Shown: piece after piece, positions 17,550 to 26,698 of the stretch | Numbering within the stretch: position 1 is the first letter of the stretch | How the letters are laid out: every line of letters begins with the position of its first letter | Source: Myxococcota bacterium | Lineage (GTDB): Bacteria; Myxococcota; SpSt-1050 | Assembly: GCA_049969675.1 (NCBI GenBank) | Contig: JBMFOP010000043.1 | Span: 1-26,698, forward strand | Reading direction: 5' to 3' | Length of the DNA: 26,698 bases | Program-made: the position numbers and the translations under genes | Notes under the pieces: model-generated | Told to the model about the DNA's origin: nothing | What the model saw: the letters and a program-made list of their open reading frames with translations, nothing else | Database searches by the model: none

Positions 17550-18422
17550 ATGGCAAACTCCCTTGTAAAAAGATTTGATTCACACTTAAAGAAGGTCACC
17601 AATCAGGTATTAGGTTTTGACATTGAAGAAAAGATTAAAAAGTTACCAACTCCTGTAAATGAGTTTGGCTATGACCCATTTGGATTCAAGCCCGAGATAT
17701 TGAAATACGCTGCACTCCCCGCCTATATAATTTACAAATATTACTTCAGAGTCAGTGTATATGACATTGAGAATGTACCAGAGAGAAATGTTATGCTCAT
17801 CGCAAACCATGCAGGCCAACTCCCATTTGACGGATTTTTAATAGCCGCATCACTACTCCTTGAGAAAGACCCGCCAAGACTTGTCAGGTCAATGGTTGAG
17901 AAATGGGCACCCACAATACCTTTTGTAAGTACATTCTTTGCCCGAACAGGCCAGATTGTAGGAACTCCAGAGAATGCCATTAAACTTCTGAATATGAAAG
18001 AGAGCCTTCTGGTCTTTCCAGAGGGAGTAAAGGGCATAAACAAGACATTTAACAGGAGATATCAACTTCAGGAATTTGGCACCGGGTTTATGAAGATTGC
18101 AATGGAGACAAAGACCCCTATCGTTCCAGTGGCTGTCATAGGCTCAGAGGAGCAACAGATATCATTTGCAAATTTAAAGAAGATTGGCGCTCTATTTGGT
18201 ATGCCAGCATTCCCAATAACTTTGACATTTCCCTGGATATTTCCAATTGGTATCCTTCCATACCCGGTAAAATATCATATTCACTTCGGAAGACCTATGT
18301 ATTTTACTGATAGTGGAGATGGCGATGAGGATGTACTATTAAAGAATGTTGCAGAAGTTAGAAGTACCCTTCAATCAATGATTTATAAAGGGCTGAAGAG
18401 ACGTAAATCAATTTTCTGGTGA
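17550..18422 (+). CDS. Lysophospholipid/glycerol acyltransferase family (PlsC/MGAT-like)
   Basis: ANHAGQLPFD (His...Asp block), VFPEG, PIVPVAVIG and N-terminal GYDPFG. Confidence 0.88.
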   Translation: MANSLVKRFDSHLKKVTNQVLGFDIEEKIKKLPTPVNEFGYDPFGFKPEILKYAALPAYIIYKYYFRVSVYDIENVPERNVMLIANHAGQLPFDGFLIAASLLLEKDPPRLVRSMVEKWAPTIPFVSTFFARTGQIVGTPENAIKLLNMKESLLVFPEGVKGINKTFNRRYQLQEFGTGFMKIAMETKTPIVPVAVIGSEEQQISFANLKKIGALFGMPAFPITLTFPWIFPIGILPYPVKYHIHFGRPMYFTDSGDGDEDVLLKNVAEVRSTLQSMIYKGLKRRKSIFW

Positions 18423-18425
18423 GAT

Positions 18426-19367
18426 ATGAAAGAATATATACTTATAAGCGGTATATGTGGAAACTTTGGAAAGGAACTGGCAGCACATCTGCACAGGGAG
18501 AATAAGATAATAGGGCTGGACAGGAGAGATTTTTCAGACAGGCCAAAGGACATAATACACTTTCAAATTGATATCAGACGTAAAAAGATAGAAGAGATAT
18601 TCAGACGACACTATATAAAGGCTATAGTTCATCTCAACATTATCCACAATCCAAGAGTCAGTTCCAGAGAGCACTACGAATTTAACCTGATGGGTAGTTC
18701 AAATCTAATTGAACTCGCCCTTAAATATAAGGTTCCGCACTTTATCTTTTTATCCTCTGCAGACATATATGGTCCTTCACCGGATAACCCCTTATTTATT
18801 CCAGAGAGTCATCAATTATATGCATCAAAGAATATACCGATATTAAGAGACCTCGTTGAGACGGATTTGCTGGTTCAATCCTACTTCTGGAAGGCGCCAT
18901 CAATGATTACTACAATATTAAGACCCTGTCATATAATTGGACTCAATATCTCAAATGGTATTATGCAATATATAAAAGGTAAAATTGTGCCAACGATCGC
19001 CGGATTCAATCCGATGATTCAGATAATACATATTCAGGATGTAATCTCAGTAATAGATGCAATTATTAAAAAAAGAGAGAGAGGAATTTTCAATCTCTCA
19101 GGTCAGGACCAGATACCCATAATCTCACTCTTAAAAGAGATTGGTATCAGGCATATTCCAATATTGCCTCTCTTTGAAAAGATGACATTCAGGTCTCTAT
19201 TTACTGCGGGTCTAATATCTCTGCATCCGGAACAGGTGGACTTCTTAAAATATCCATGTATGGTGGATGATACAAGGATAAGAGAGAGGGTAGGTTTTAC
19301 TCCACGATACAGGATTAGTGACATAATCAGGGAGATAAGAGTCGCGGCAGGTATGAATAGACTATGA
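18426..19367 (+). CDS. NAD-dependent epimerase/dehydratase family (extended/atypical SDR)
   Basis: ISGICGNFG Rossmann motif, IVHL, FNLMGS, FLSSADIYG, ILRPCHIIG and QIIHIQDV. Confidence 0.85.
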   Translation: MKEYILISGICGNFGKELAAHLHRENKIIGLDRRDFSDRPKDIIHFQIDIRRKKIEEIFRRHYIKAIVHLNIIHNPRVSSREHYEFNLMGSSNLIELALKYKVPHFIFLSSADIYGPSPDNPLFIPESHQLYASKNIPILRDLVETDLLVQSYFWKAPSMITTILRPCHIIGLNISNGIMQYIKGKIVPTIAGFNPMIQIIHIQDVISVIDAIIKKRERGIFNLSGQDQIPIISLLKEIGIRHIPILPLFEKMTFRSLFTAGLISLHPEQVDFLKYPCMVDDTRIRERVGFTPRYRISDIIREIRVAAGMNRL

Positions 19368-20407
19368 AATTTATTGATGAGGCAAAGATATATCTAAGGG
19401 CGGGCAGGGGCGGAAATGGTTGTATGAGTTTCAGACGGGAGAAGTTTCGCCCCTTCGGTGGTCCAGATGGAGGAGACGGCGGCAGGGGTGGGGATATAAT
19501 CTTTGTAGCAGATGCCCAGATGAGCACGCTCATTGATTTTAGATACAAAAGACATTACTTTGCACCTGATGGTGAACACGGAATGGGCTCTGATATGTAT
19601 GGTAAGAATGGAGAGCCGCTCATTATCAAGGTACCCGTCGGGACACTGGTATTTAATGATGTGACCAATGAACTGATAGCGGAGTTTACATATGATGGTC
19701 AGAGTGAGATTATTGCCAAAGGTGGAAATGGAGGATTGGGAAATATACATTTTAAGTCCTCCACCAATCAGGCACCGAGAATCGCTACAAAGGGCGAAGC
19801 CGGTGAGGAGATTACTGTTAGACTTGAATTAAAACTCTTTGCAGATGTCGGGATAATCGGGCTACCCAATGCAGGGAAGTCAACATTGATCTCCATCGTT
19901 TCAAACGCAAAGCCCAGGATAGCGGACTATCCATTTACAACACTTGTTCCAAATCTGGGCGTTGTCAGATATTCAGATGAACTTTCTTTCGTAATGGCAG
20001 ACACCCCCGGTCTGATAAAGGATGCACACAAAGGGGTTGGATTAGGAGATAGATTCTTAAGACATATTGAGAGATGCAAGATCTTTGTCCATATTGTCGG
20101 ATATGAAGATAATAGAGATCTGGTAAAAGATATTGACGACATCAACTACGAACTCAAGATGTATAATCCAGAACTCCTGAAGAGACCGCAGATAATTGCA
20201 TTGAATAAGATTGACCTGATTAAGGATAGAGACAACTTAAAAAACATTGTTGCAAAAATAAAGCATGAAAAGAAGAGATTTAGAATAGTCCCTATAAGTG
20301 GAGTTACGAGAGAAGGGATAAATGAACTTTTAGATGCCATTGCAAAGACACTTATAAAATTAAAGGAGAAAGAAGTTGAAAAGAGAAGAGCTGATACAAA
20401 AGATTGA
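19364..20407 (+). CDS. obgE: GTPase ObgE/CgtA
   Basis: FIDEAKI, GGNGCMSFRREKF, GGPDGGDGGRGG, GLPNAGKST (G1), DYPFTT (G2), DTPG (G3), NKID (G4). ATGA overlap with the SDR gene. Confidence 0.98.
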   Translation: MKFIDEAKIYLRAGRGGNGCMSFRREKFRPFGGPDGGDGGRGGDIIFVADAQMSTLIDFRYKRHYFAPDGEHGMGSDMYGKNGEPLIIKVPVGTLVFNDVTNELIAEFTYDGQSEIIAKGGNGGLGNIHFKSSTNQAPRIATKGEAGEEITVRLELKLFADVGIIGLPNAGKSTLISIVSNAKPRIADYPFTTLVPNLGVVRYSDELSFVMADTPGLIKDAHKGVGLGDRFLRHIERCKIFVHIVGYEDNRDLVKDIDDINYELKMYNPELLKRPQIIALNKIDLIKDRDNLKNIVAKIKHEKKRFRIVPISGVTREGINELLDAIAKTLIKLKEKEVEKRRADTKD

Positions 20408-20672
20408 AAATCAGAAAAAGGGTCTCTTAGATCTCGGAGTTTATGAGCTAATCATCAGTAGGGAGTGCTCACTTGAAGGAGAGATTGATTATACAATACC
20501 AATTATCGTCCGTTTGGATAATGAGGATTATGACTCATATAATAAAGTACAGGAATTTATGAGCAATCACATATACGAACATATTGAGGTAATTCCACAT
20601 GACTCATTTGAGGTGGCAATAGATGACCACTTTGATAATGAGGCAATAAAGATTAAATTTTCAGAGGAATAA
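20376..20672 (+). CDS. Small acidic protein resembling a degenerate minimal nucleotidyltransferase (MNT)
   Basis: TTG start with AAAGGAG RBS 7 nt upstream, inside obgE. Length and spacing (MKREELIQKI...LGV..L....IIV...IEVI...EAI) parallel MNT proteins, but GS and DxD are absent. Confidence 0.5.
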   Translation: MKREELIQKIENQKKGLLDLGVYELIISRECSLEGEIDYTIPIIVRLDNEDYDSYNKVQEFMSNHIYEHIEVIPHDSFEVAIDDHFDNEAIKIKFSEE

Positions 20673-20674
20673 AG

Positions 20675-21145
20675 ATGCATTATACATTCTTAAACGAAGA
20701 GCAAAAGGCGGCTTTCACCAATAAATATAGACAGACAATGGTCATTGGAACAAACATCATCGGGGGCACAATCCTTGTAATAGTAATATCCCTTTTTTTT
20801 GAAAAAGAGAACCGACCCATAACCAATATTGGATATAGGTATTACTTCCTCGGGGTAGCTCTCATAATTGCATTTCTCATCAGGCTCTTCAGAAGTCTAA
20901 TACTCACAAATCAAAAGAAACCCACATTTGACATACTCCTTAAGAGATTACAGACATCCTCTCTAATCACTCTCTCACTCTGTGATATGGTCGCTATATT
21001 TGGTCTGGTTGAATATATGCTCTCTGGAATCAAGATGGATCTATATCTAATGATATTCTTATCCTTTGTATTCTTCATCGTCCACTTCCCCGGGAAATAT
21101 CAGTGGGAGGCATACATAAATTCAAATATAAAAGAATTACAGTAA
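20675..21145 (+). CDS. Hypothetical integral membrane protein (about 4 TM helices)
   Basis: Four hydrophobic segments, LCD...IFGLV and terminal HFP...W. Starts 2 nt after the upstream stop, with a GAGG RBS. Confidence 0.7.
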   Translation: MHYTFLNEEQKAAFTNKYRQTMVIGTNIIGGTILVIVISLFFEKENRPITNIGYRYYFLGVALIIAFLIRLFRSLILTNQKKPTFDILLKRLQTSSLITLSLCDMVAIFGLVEYMLSGIKMDLYLMIFLSFVFFIVHFPGKYQWEAYINSNIKELQ

Positions 21146-21152
21146 ATAGAAC

Positions 21153-22937
21153 TTATTTTATCTGCTCAAATACTATCCGATCAGAAAGGGACTTATTGTA
21201 CTCTTCATCAGATAAAAAGCCAAAGAGGTTCATCCTGTAAAGTATACTCTGAATCTTCTCTATCCACTTATCGGGGATCTCATTATTAACAAAATAGACA
21301 TAGTATCTATTTGGATTGGGAATAATGGATGCCAGATATGCCGCCTCAATTGGTTTCAAGTCTGGGACACTCTTCCCAAAATAATGCCTTGCCGCTGCGC
21401 CTATTCCAAAGATCTCCGGTCCCCACTCAATCCCATTGAGATAAATCTCCAGAATTCTCTCTTTTGAAAGGGTGGCATCCAGTTCTATGGATAATAAAAG
21501 CTCCTTGACCTTTCTCAAGAGTGTCTTTTCACGACTCAAGAGGAGGTTCTTTACAAGTTGTTGAGTAATGGTAGAACCACCTCTGAGATATGGCTTATCA
21601 CCCTCAATATTGTCAATAATTGCACTCTCTATCTCCTTAAACTCCACGCCCTTATGCCCGAAAAAGCCGGCGTCTTCACTTGAGACAACCGCGCCATAGA
21701 CATACTGAGGGATTTCAGAAAAAGATAGATAATCTGGATTTTGAGTACCAACTACTATCTTTCTCTTCTTCCCGCCCTTATTCATAAAATCATACGAAAA
21801 GTCAGATTTCAGATAATTTAGCCTATGAGAGATTTGGACTGGCTTATATATATCCCCCGAAATACTTATTCTATCTATCTTCTTCTTATCATTTATATTG
21901 CCGGTGACCTCAAGGGCGACTTTTATCTCCCCTCTCATATCAAACCCCTCAAATTCCTCCCCTCCAAAGAATGCAGCCAGATCATTCAATCTGGCACTCT
22001 CTGTATTCAGTCTCAATGAATAGCTCCCCTTGAAAAACCTGCCCGACAGAGTAAATTTTATATCACTAATATTTATATCAATCTCATCAAATCTCAAAAG
22101 TCCAGAGACCAATGAGAGCGAAATCCTGCCATTGATTAAAAATTTTCTTATCTTAAACGGACTCTCTCCTATCAGAGGGTGATTGGCTGACATATTCAAT
22201 ACAGATATATCTGAAAATTTAGCCTGTAACTCCTGATTAACCTTCCTGACGATAACAGAGCCTTCAAGTCTTCCACCTATTAGATTTGAATACCTCCCAA
22301 TATATCTATCCAGCAAAAAAGGTATATCCATATCCTTAAATGAGATTCTTGCCGACCTTTCAGATATATTTATGTCCGAGATGTGTATTCTGTATCTATC
22401 TTTTAATTCTATATCCAGAGATTTCACTTTATCAGAATACTTTCCTGAGAGTGAAAATTCCGCTCTGAATTTTTTATATATCATCTCACACTCTTTTATA
22501 TTGAATGAGATATCATACTCATTTGAAAAGACTTTCTCTCTTACATCTTTATTTGAAGAACCTTTAAGATTCTCAAGGTAGCCCAGATCAAAGCCTCCCC
22601 TCTGACACTCAATAACAAACTTATTCTTCTTAAAAATTACCCTATTGTAAACATCGCTCAGATAACAATTCTGAAGTTCTATCACATCTCTATTTTTATC
22701 TTTAAGGCTTATCCTCAAAAATTCTATGCCGGTAAATAGACCTATATCCCCTATCTGATAATGAAATGAGAGATTATGAAACCTCCCCCTTTTATTAATC
22801 TCCTCATATAGTCTCTCCTTAAATGCATCTGAATTTACATAAATTTTTAAGATTGCAGAAGGCAACAATAAGAATAGAAGAGATACTATGATTATATAAA
22901 ATGCGACTCTATTTCTCTTGCTCTTAAAGATTTTCAT
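21153..22937 (-). CDS. Monofunctional peptidoglycan transglycosylase (GT51) with long N-terminal beta-rich extension
   Basis: All five GT51 motifs: SEDAGFFGHKG, GGSTITQQLVKN, RKVKE, KERILEIYLN, and GIGAAARHYF...LASIIPNP. N-terminal TM helix. Start 22937 chosen for its ATGA overlap (track start is 22982). No transpeptidase domain. Confidence 0.88.
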   Translation of the reverse strand: MKIFKSKRNRVAFYIIIVSLLFLLLPSAILKIYVNSDAFKERLYEEINKRGRFHNLSFHYQIGDIGLFTGIEFLRISLKDKNRDVIELQNCYLSDVYNRVIFKKNKFVIECQRGGFDLGYLENLKGSSNKDVREKVFSNEYDISFNIKECEMIYKKFRAEFSLSGKYSDKVKSLDIELKDRYRIHISDINISERSARISFKDMDIPFLLDRYIGRYSNLIGGRLEGSVIVRKVNQELQAKFSDISVLNMSANHPLIGESPFKIRKFLINGRISLSLVSGLLRFDEIDINISDIKFTLSGRFFKGSYSLRLNTESARLNDLAAFFGGEEFEGFDMRGEIKVALEVTGNINDKKKIDRISISGDIYKPVQISHRLNYLKSDFSYDFMNKGGKKRKIVVGTQNPDYLSFSEIPQYVYGAVVSSEDAGFFGHKGVEFKEIESAIIDNIEGDKPYLRGGSTITQQLVKNLLLSREKTLLRKVKELLLSIELDATLSKERILEIYLNGIEWGPEIFGIGAAARHYFGKSVPDLKPIEAAYLASIIPNPNRYYVYFVNNEIPDKWIEKIQSILYRMNLFGFLSDEEYNKSLSDRIVFEQIK

Positions 22938-23860
22938 AGAAATATATAATCTTTGAGGCGAAAATCTGAGAGCCTTACACACCTCTCTGGATTAAATCTA
23001 TGAATCAATCTTTTCAGCCTCTCAACTTTTTTATCAAGAGGGATCTTGAGGTCAAATTGAGATTTTACTATTCTCTCATCCCTGACATCACCACTATCTA
23101 AAAAATCAATACCATGAAGTTCAATATGGAGAAGATTGAGATTGCTCACCCACTTTTGAAGATAGTTATGAATAATATCTTTATACCCCATAATAAATGT
23201 CCCGATATACGGGATACCAAAGAAGCCAGCAACTGAAATTGGAATCTCAAGAATAGTACTGAATCGGGCTTTGTTATAGATTCTTTCACCCATTGGATAA
23301 ATATCCCTCTCTGCAAATGGCATCCCTATAGAGCCACAGATACTCCCTGTCTTTCTTCCTGTTAATTTATACAGGAATATTATCGTTGCTTTTGAGAAAT
23401 AATAAAATGGGCTCGGGAGAACTGATGAATCATAACTATATTCCATATTCGTAATTACACGGATAATGTAGGGGCATAGATTATAGCCCGGCGCCCTGAA
23501 ACCGACAGGCCTTGTTCCGAGTTTCCTGTATATTATATTATCACACTCCTCTATCTCATAATCAATCTTCTCCTCAGAAAGAAGAGACAGATTGTAGAGG
23601 TGGTTATATGAGTGATTCCCTATTTCATAACCCAGATCCAATGCGTCTTTTAGATATCTAACCGCAACCTCATCCAGAAGTTGACTGCCTACCACAAAGA
23701 GCGTAAGTGGTATATTTTCCCTCTGAAAAAATTCATAAATCCTCTCAAGTGCCACAGAATATATCAAATCTGTTTCAGTCTTCTGATAACCCTCAACCCC
23801 GTGAATATCATAATAACAGGATAACGGGTCGAGGTCTATTGAGATACATAGACTCTTCAT
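22934..23860 (-). CDS. Polysaccharide deacetylase (CE4/NodB family)
   Basis: SIDLD, TLFVVG, EIGNHSYNH, GFRAPGY, YDSS and EIPIS. Confidence 0.88.
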   Translation of the reverse strand: MKSLCISIDLDPLSCYYDIHGVEGYQKTETDLIYSVALERIYEFFQRENIPLTLFVVGSQLLDEVAVRYLKDALDLGYEIGNHSYNHLYNLSLLSEEKIDYEIEECDNIIYRKLGTRPVGFRAPGYNLCPYIIRVITNMEYSYDSSVLPSPFYYFSKATIIFLYKLTGRKTGSICGSIGMPFAERDIYPMGERIYNKARFSTILEIPISVAGFFGIPYIGTFIMGYKDIIHNYLQKWVSNLNLLHIELHGIDFLDSGDVRDERIVKSQFDLKIPLDKKVERLKRLIHRFNPERCVRLSDFRLKDYIFL

Positions 23861-25239
23861 CTACCTCTCTTTCTCTTCTTAACCCAGCCTTTTATGTTCT
23901 TCTGTGGAGTCCTTGAAAGTGCGAGCGATTCCTCCGGGACATCTTCTGTGATTGTGCTACCTGCACCTATATAGGCATTCTTACCAACTTTAACAGGTGC
24001 CACAAATTGTGTATCCGAACCCACAAATACCCCGTCTTCAAGAATGGTCTTATACTTATTCACTCCATCATAGTTGCAGGTAATCGTCCCCGCTCCTATA
24101 TTTACTCCGCTCCCAATATCTGCATCGCCCAGATATGTCAGATGATTCGCCTTACTCCTCTTCCCCATATATGTCTTTTTTAGTTCTACAAAATTCCCTA
24201 TATGGGCATCTTCATCCACAACAGAATCGGGCCTCAATCTTGCAAAAGGACCAATAATTGCTCCCCTCTTTATAACTGCCTTCTCAATATGAGAATATGG
24301 TTTGATATGAACTGAGTCTCCTATCTGCGAATTCTGTATTATCGCCCCATTCTCAATCCTTACATTTCTACCAATAACACTTCTTCCAGAGATAAAGACA
24401 TTGGGGTATATTGTAGTATCTCTATCTATCTGCACATCAATACCTACAAAGACAGAATCGGGCTCTATAATACTGACACCACTTAACATCAATCTTTCAT
24501 TTATTCTCCTCTGAAGGGTCTTTGTTAGATTTGATAACTCCAATCTATTATTTGACCCCAGAAGATAATCTATATTTGATTCAAAAATCCTGATAGGGAT
24601 ATGCTCGTTGATGGCGATTTTGAATATATCCGTGAAATAATACTCCTTCTGCACATTTTTGTTAGAGATGCGACTGATATACCGCTTTACAATGTTGGTA
24701 TTACATAGATATAGTCCGGCATTTACCTCCAGAACCTGCCGCTCCGCATCTGAGGCATCCTTATGTTCAACAATCTTCAAAAGATTATCATCTTTATCTC
24801 TTATGACTCTCCCATAACCTTCAGGATTATTGTGAGTAAATGTGGTGAGTAGCAACTCACTCCCTTTAGAGAATTGCAATAATTCAGTAATAACTGTCTC
24901 ATCAATAAGTGGCATATCACCATATAATAAAATAAATTTTGATGCCTTTACAGATGATAGGGCAATCTTTACTGCATCCCCAGTCCCCCTCTGAACCCTT
25001 TGATATACGAATTTAAGTTTTATATCTCCAAACTCATTCGTGAGATACTCCCTTACAGTCTCTGCACCAAAGCCCAGAACTACTATTATATCTTTTATCC
25101 CGGACCTGATTAGTGCCCTTACAGGATAATATATCATCGGTCTGTCTATCAGATAATGCATAACTTTGGGGATACCAGATTTGAACCTTACACCCTTTCC
25201 AGCAGCAAGTAGAACTGCAGATATATCACCTCTTTGCAT
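23857..25239 (-). CDS. glmU: Bifunctional UDP-GlcNAc pyrophosphorylase / glucosamine-1-phosphate N-acetyltransferase
   Basis: LAAGKGVRFKS, GTGDAV, LYGDMPL, GYGR, EVNAGLY, EYYFTD, hexapeptide LbH region with GPFARLRP, GNFVELK, HLTYLGD and CNYDG. Confidence 0.98.
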   Translation of the reverse strand: MQRGDISAVLLAAGKGVRFKSGIPKVMHYLIDRPMIYYPVRALIRSGIKDIIVVLGFGAETVREYLTNEFGDIKLKFVYQRVQRGTGDAVKIALSSVKASKFILLYGDMPLIDETVITELLQFSKGSELLLTTFTHNNPEGYGRVIRDKDDNLLKIVEHKDASDAERQVLEVNAGLYLCNTNIVKRYISRISNKNVQKEYYFTDIFKIAINEHIPIRIFESNIDYLLGSNNRLELSNLTKTLQRRINERLMLSGVSIIEPDSVFVGIDVQIDRDTTIYPNVFISGRSVIGRNVRIENGAIIQNSQIGDSVHIKPYSHIEKAVIKRGAIIGPFARLRPDSVVDEDAHIGNFVELKKTYMGKRSKANHLTYLGDADIGSGVNIGAGTITCNYDGVNKYKTILEDGVFVGSDTQFVAPVKVGKNAYIGAGSTITEDVPEESLALSRTPQKNIKGWVKKRKRGR

Positions 25240-25251
25240 ATTGAATCCTCT

Positions 25252-25956
25252 TTATTTCTTCTTACTGCCAGTCGTTTTCTTTGTTGTGGCTTTTGGTTTT
25301 TTGGCTATATCAGATACCTTATTCACAGTGCTTTTGGGTTTTGAGACCTCCTTTGCTTTACGCGCAGGCTTTGACTCTTTCTTCTTCCGCCCCTTTGAAT
25401 CCTTCTCTCTCTTCTCTTCTATCTTTACCTCAATCCCCTCCTCTTTTATCTCTTCAATCTCCTCCTCTACCCTCGCTTCAACTTTAACCTTCTCTATTGA
25501 CTCTTCTTTTAAATCCATATTTTGAGCAACCTTTTTGATTTCCCCTTCTTTAATCTCTCCTTTCGGTTGCTCTATAGCCGCCTGTTGAGGTACCTCTACC
25601 ACTACCTCCTTTTTCTCTATATGAACCGTATGAATTGGCTCTCCAATCACATTGTTAATACCTTCTGCAACTATCCCTTTTTTCTGAGCTGCCACTGTAT
25701 CAAATATTAACTTTACCACAGCAGTCTGATTCTGCAACACCACCTTCTTCCTGAACTCCTCATAACCTATCCCTCTAAAAATCAGGGTAAGAAACTCTTC
25801 ACAGAAATGTTTATTGACTCCAGGGACACCAGAGAAATCAAGAATTACATTATTATCTGGCTCTTTCCTTAAAGAATCAAGTACGCTAATAGCAATTCTC
25901 TTCCCAAGATCTGAAGAGCTCAAGAAACCACCGAAATCTTTTAAATTAATCCTCAT
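25252..25956 (-). CDS. STAS-like (DUF4325-type) domain protein with Glu/Lys-rich and basic C-terminal tail
   Basis: N-terminal ~90 aa (LSSSDLGKRI...VILDFSGV...FCEEF) fits STAS-like domains. Low-complexity tail ends KKPKATTKKTTGSKKK. AGGAGG RBS. Confidence 0.65.
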   Translation of the reverse strand: MRINLKDFGGFLSSSDLGKRIAISVLDSLRKEPDNNVILDFSGVPGVNKHFCEEFLTLIFRGIGYEEFRKKVVLQNQTAVVKLIFDTVAAQKKGIVAEGINNVIGEPIHTVHIEKKEVVVEVPQQAAIEQPKGEIKEGEIKKVAQNMDLKEESIEKVKVEARVEEEIEEIKEEGIEVKIEEKREKDSKGRKKKESKPARKAKEVSKPKSTVNKVSDIAKKPKATTKKTTGSKKK

Positions 25957-25968
25957 AAGGACCCTCCT

Positions 25969-26550
25969 TTACCTCTTTAATAAAATCCTTTGATAATTTT
26001 CAGATGATGCTTTATAGACATCTTCATGTAAACTTCTTCCTTTTGAATCCATCGTCACCACAGCAGGAAATCTCTCCACCTGAAGGACCCACAATGCCTC
26101 CGGCACGCCAAACTCCTCAAGTTTATATACATTCAGCACCTTCTTAATCCTCTCTCCAATATATACTGCTGCACCACCAACTGAATGGAGATAGACCGCT
26201 CCATATTTAGAAAGCCCTTCAAGTGTCTTCTTCCCCATTCCACCCTTCCCTATCGCCCCTCTCAAACCATACCTTTTCAATACCTCTGCCTGATAAGGCT
26301 CCTCCCTGATACTTGTGGTAGGTCCCGCCGCCTTAAACACATATTCATTATTCTCTTTTACGACTATTGGACCGCAATGATAAATGAATGTTCCATTCAA
26401 AATCTTTTTGAGCTCCTCATCATCATTCTCAACTAAATATTTATGTGCCACATCTCTTCCGGTAACAATTATACCTGTAATCTCTACCTCATCTCCAGCA
26501 TTAAGCCTTCTAATCTCCTCTTCTGGTACCGGTGTTGTTAATGTTATCAT
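25969..26550 (-). CDS. Fe-S hydro-lyase beta subunit (class I fumarate hydratase C-terminal / tartrate dehydratase TtdB family)
   Basis: LNAGDEV, TGRDVAH, IYHCGP, AGPTTSIRE, IGKGG, LGVPEA-like FGVPEA, and VTMDSKG. GGAGG RBS. Confidence 0.92.
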   Translation of the reverse strand: MITLTTPVPEEEIRRLNAGDEVEITGIIVTGRDVAHKYLVENDDEELKKILNGTFIYHCGPIVVKENNEYVFKAAGPTTSIREEPYQAEVLKRYGLRGAIGKGGMGKKTLEGLSKYGAVYLHSVGGAAVYIGERIKKVLNVYKLEEFGVPEALWVLQVERFPAVVTMDSKGRSLHEDVYKASSENYQRILLKR

Positions 26551-26698
26551 AAAAAATCCTCCAAAGTCTTGAGAAGGCTATCACATCAGTCCCAAAATTT
26601 CAATAAATGAATCAGCTCTAAACAAAAATTGATTGATTCCATAAGGCTCTTTTCTTTTAAAACCCCGCTACTTTATAGTTATGTCCCAATCTATTTCA

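Noticed and set aside
778..26572. The many short (60-120 aa) alternative-frame and antisense ORFs in the track
   Set aside because: Nearly all are nested in or antisense to well-supported genes, and none has recognisable motifs; treated as shadow ORFs.
26668..26698. Possible 3' end of an upstream minus-strand gene (EIDWDITIK*), perhaps the hydro-lyase alpha subunit
   Set aside because: Only nine codons are visible, so it cannot be supported. The lone beta subunit is therefore not called an orphan.

Overview
AT-rich bacterial chromosomal window, probably deltaproteobacterial/Myxococcota-like (inferred from protein families only). The left half (1-12.3 kb) is an envelope and proteolysis cluster. 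It holds a partial TonB-like ORF, a double-length M16 zinc peptidase, and a FadL/OmpP1-type barrel paired with a Cys-rich lipoprotein. It also holds a C25 (gingipain-family) peptidase-PPC lipoprotein broken across three reading frames, a 972-aa apparently non-catalytic Cys-rich/6x PPC-like/P-domain lipoprotein, and a further lipoprotein. The middle (12.7-21.1 kb, +) is a tightly packed run: LpoA-like protein, membrane-anchored pentaheme cytochrome c, coiled-coil/AlgE-like porin, orphan HxsD-like protein, acyltransferase, atypical SDR, obgE, a motif-less MNT-like protein and a 4-TM protein. The right part (-) carries an Fe-S hydro-lyase (fumarase/TtdB) beta subunit, a STAS-like protein with a charged tail, glmU, a polysaccharide deacetylase and a GT51 transglycosylase. 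No rRNA, tRNA, CRISPR array or mobile element was recognised.
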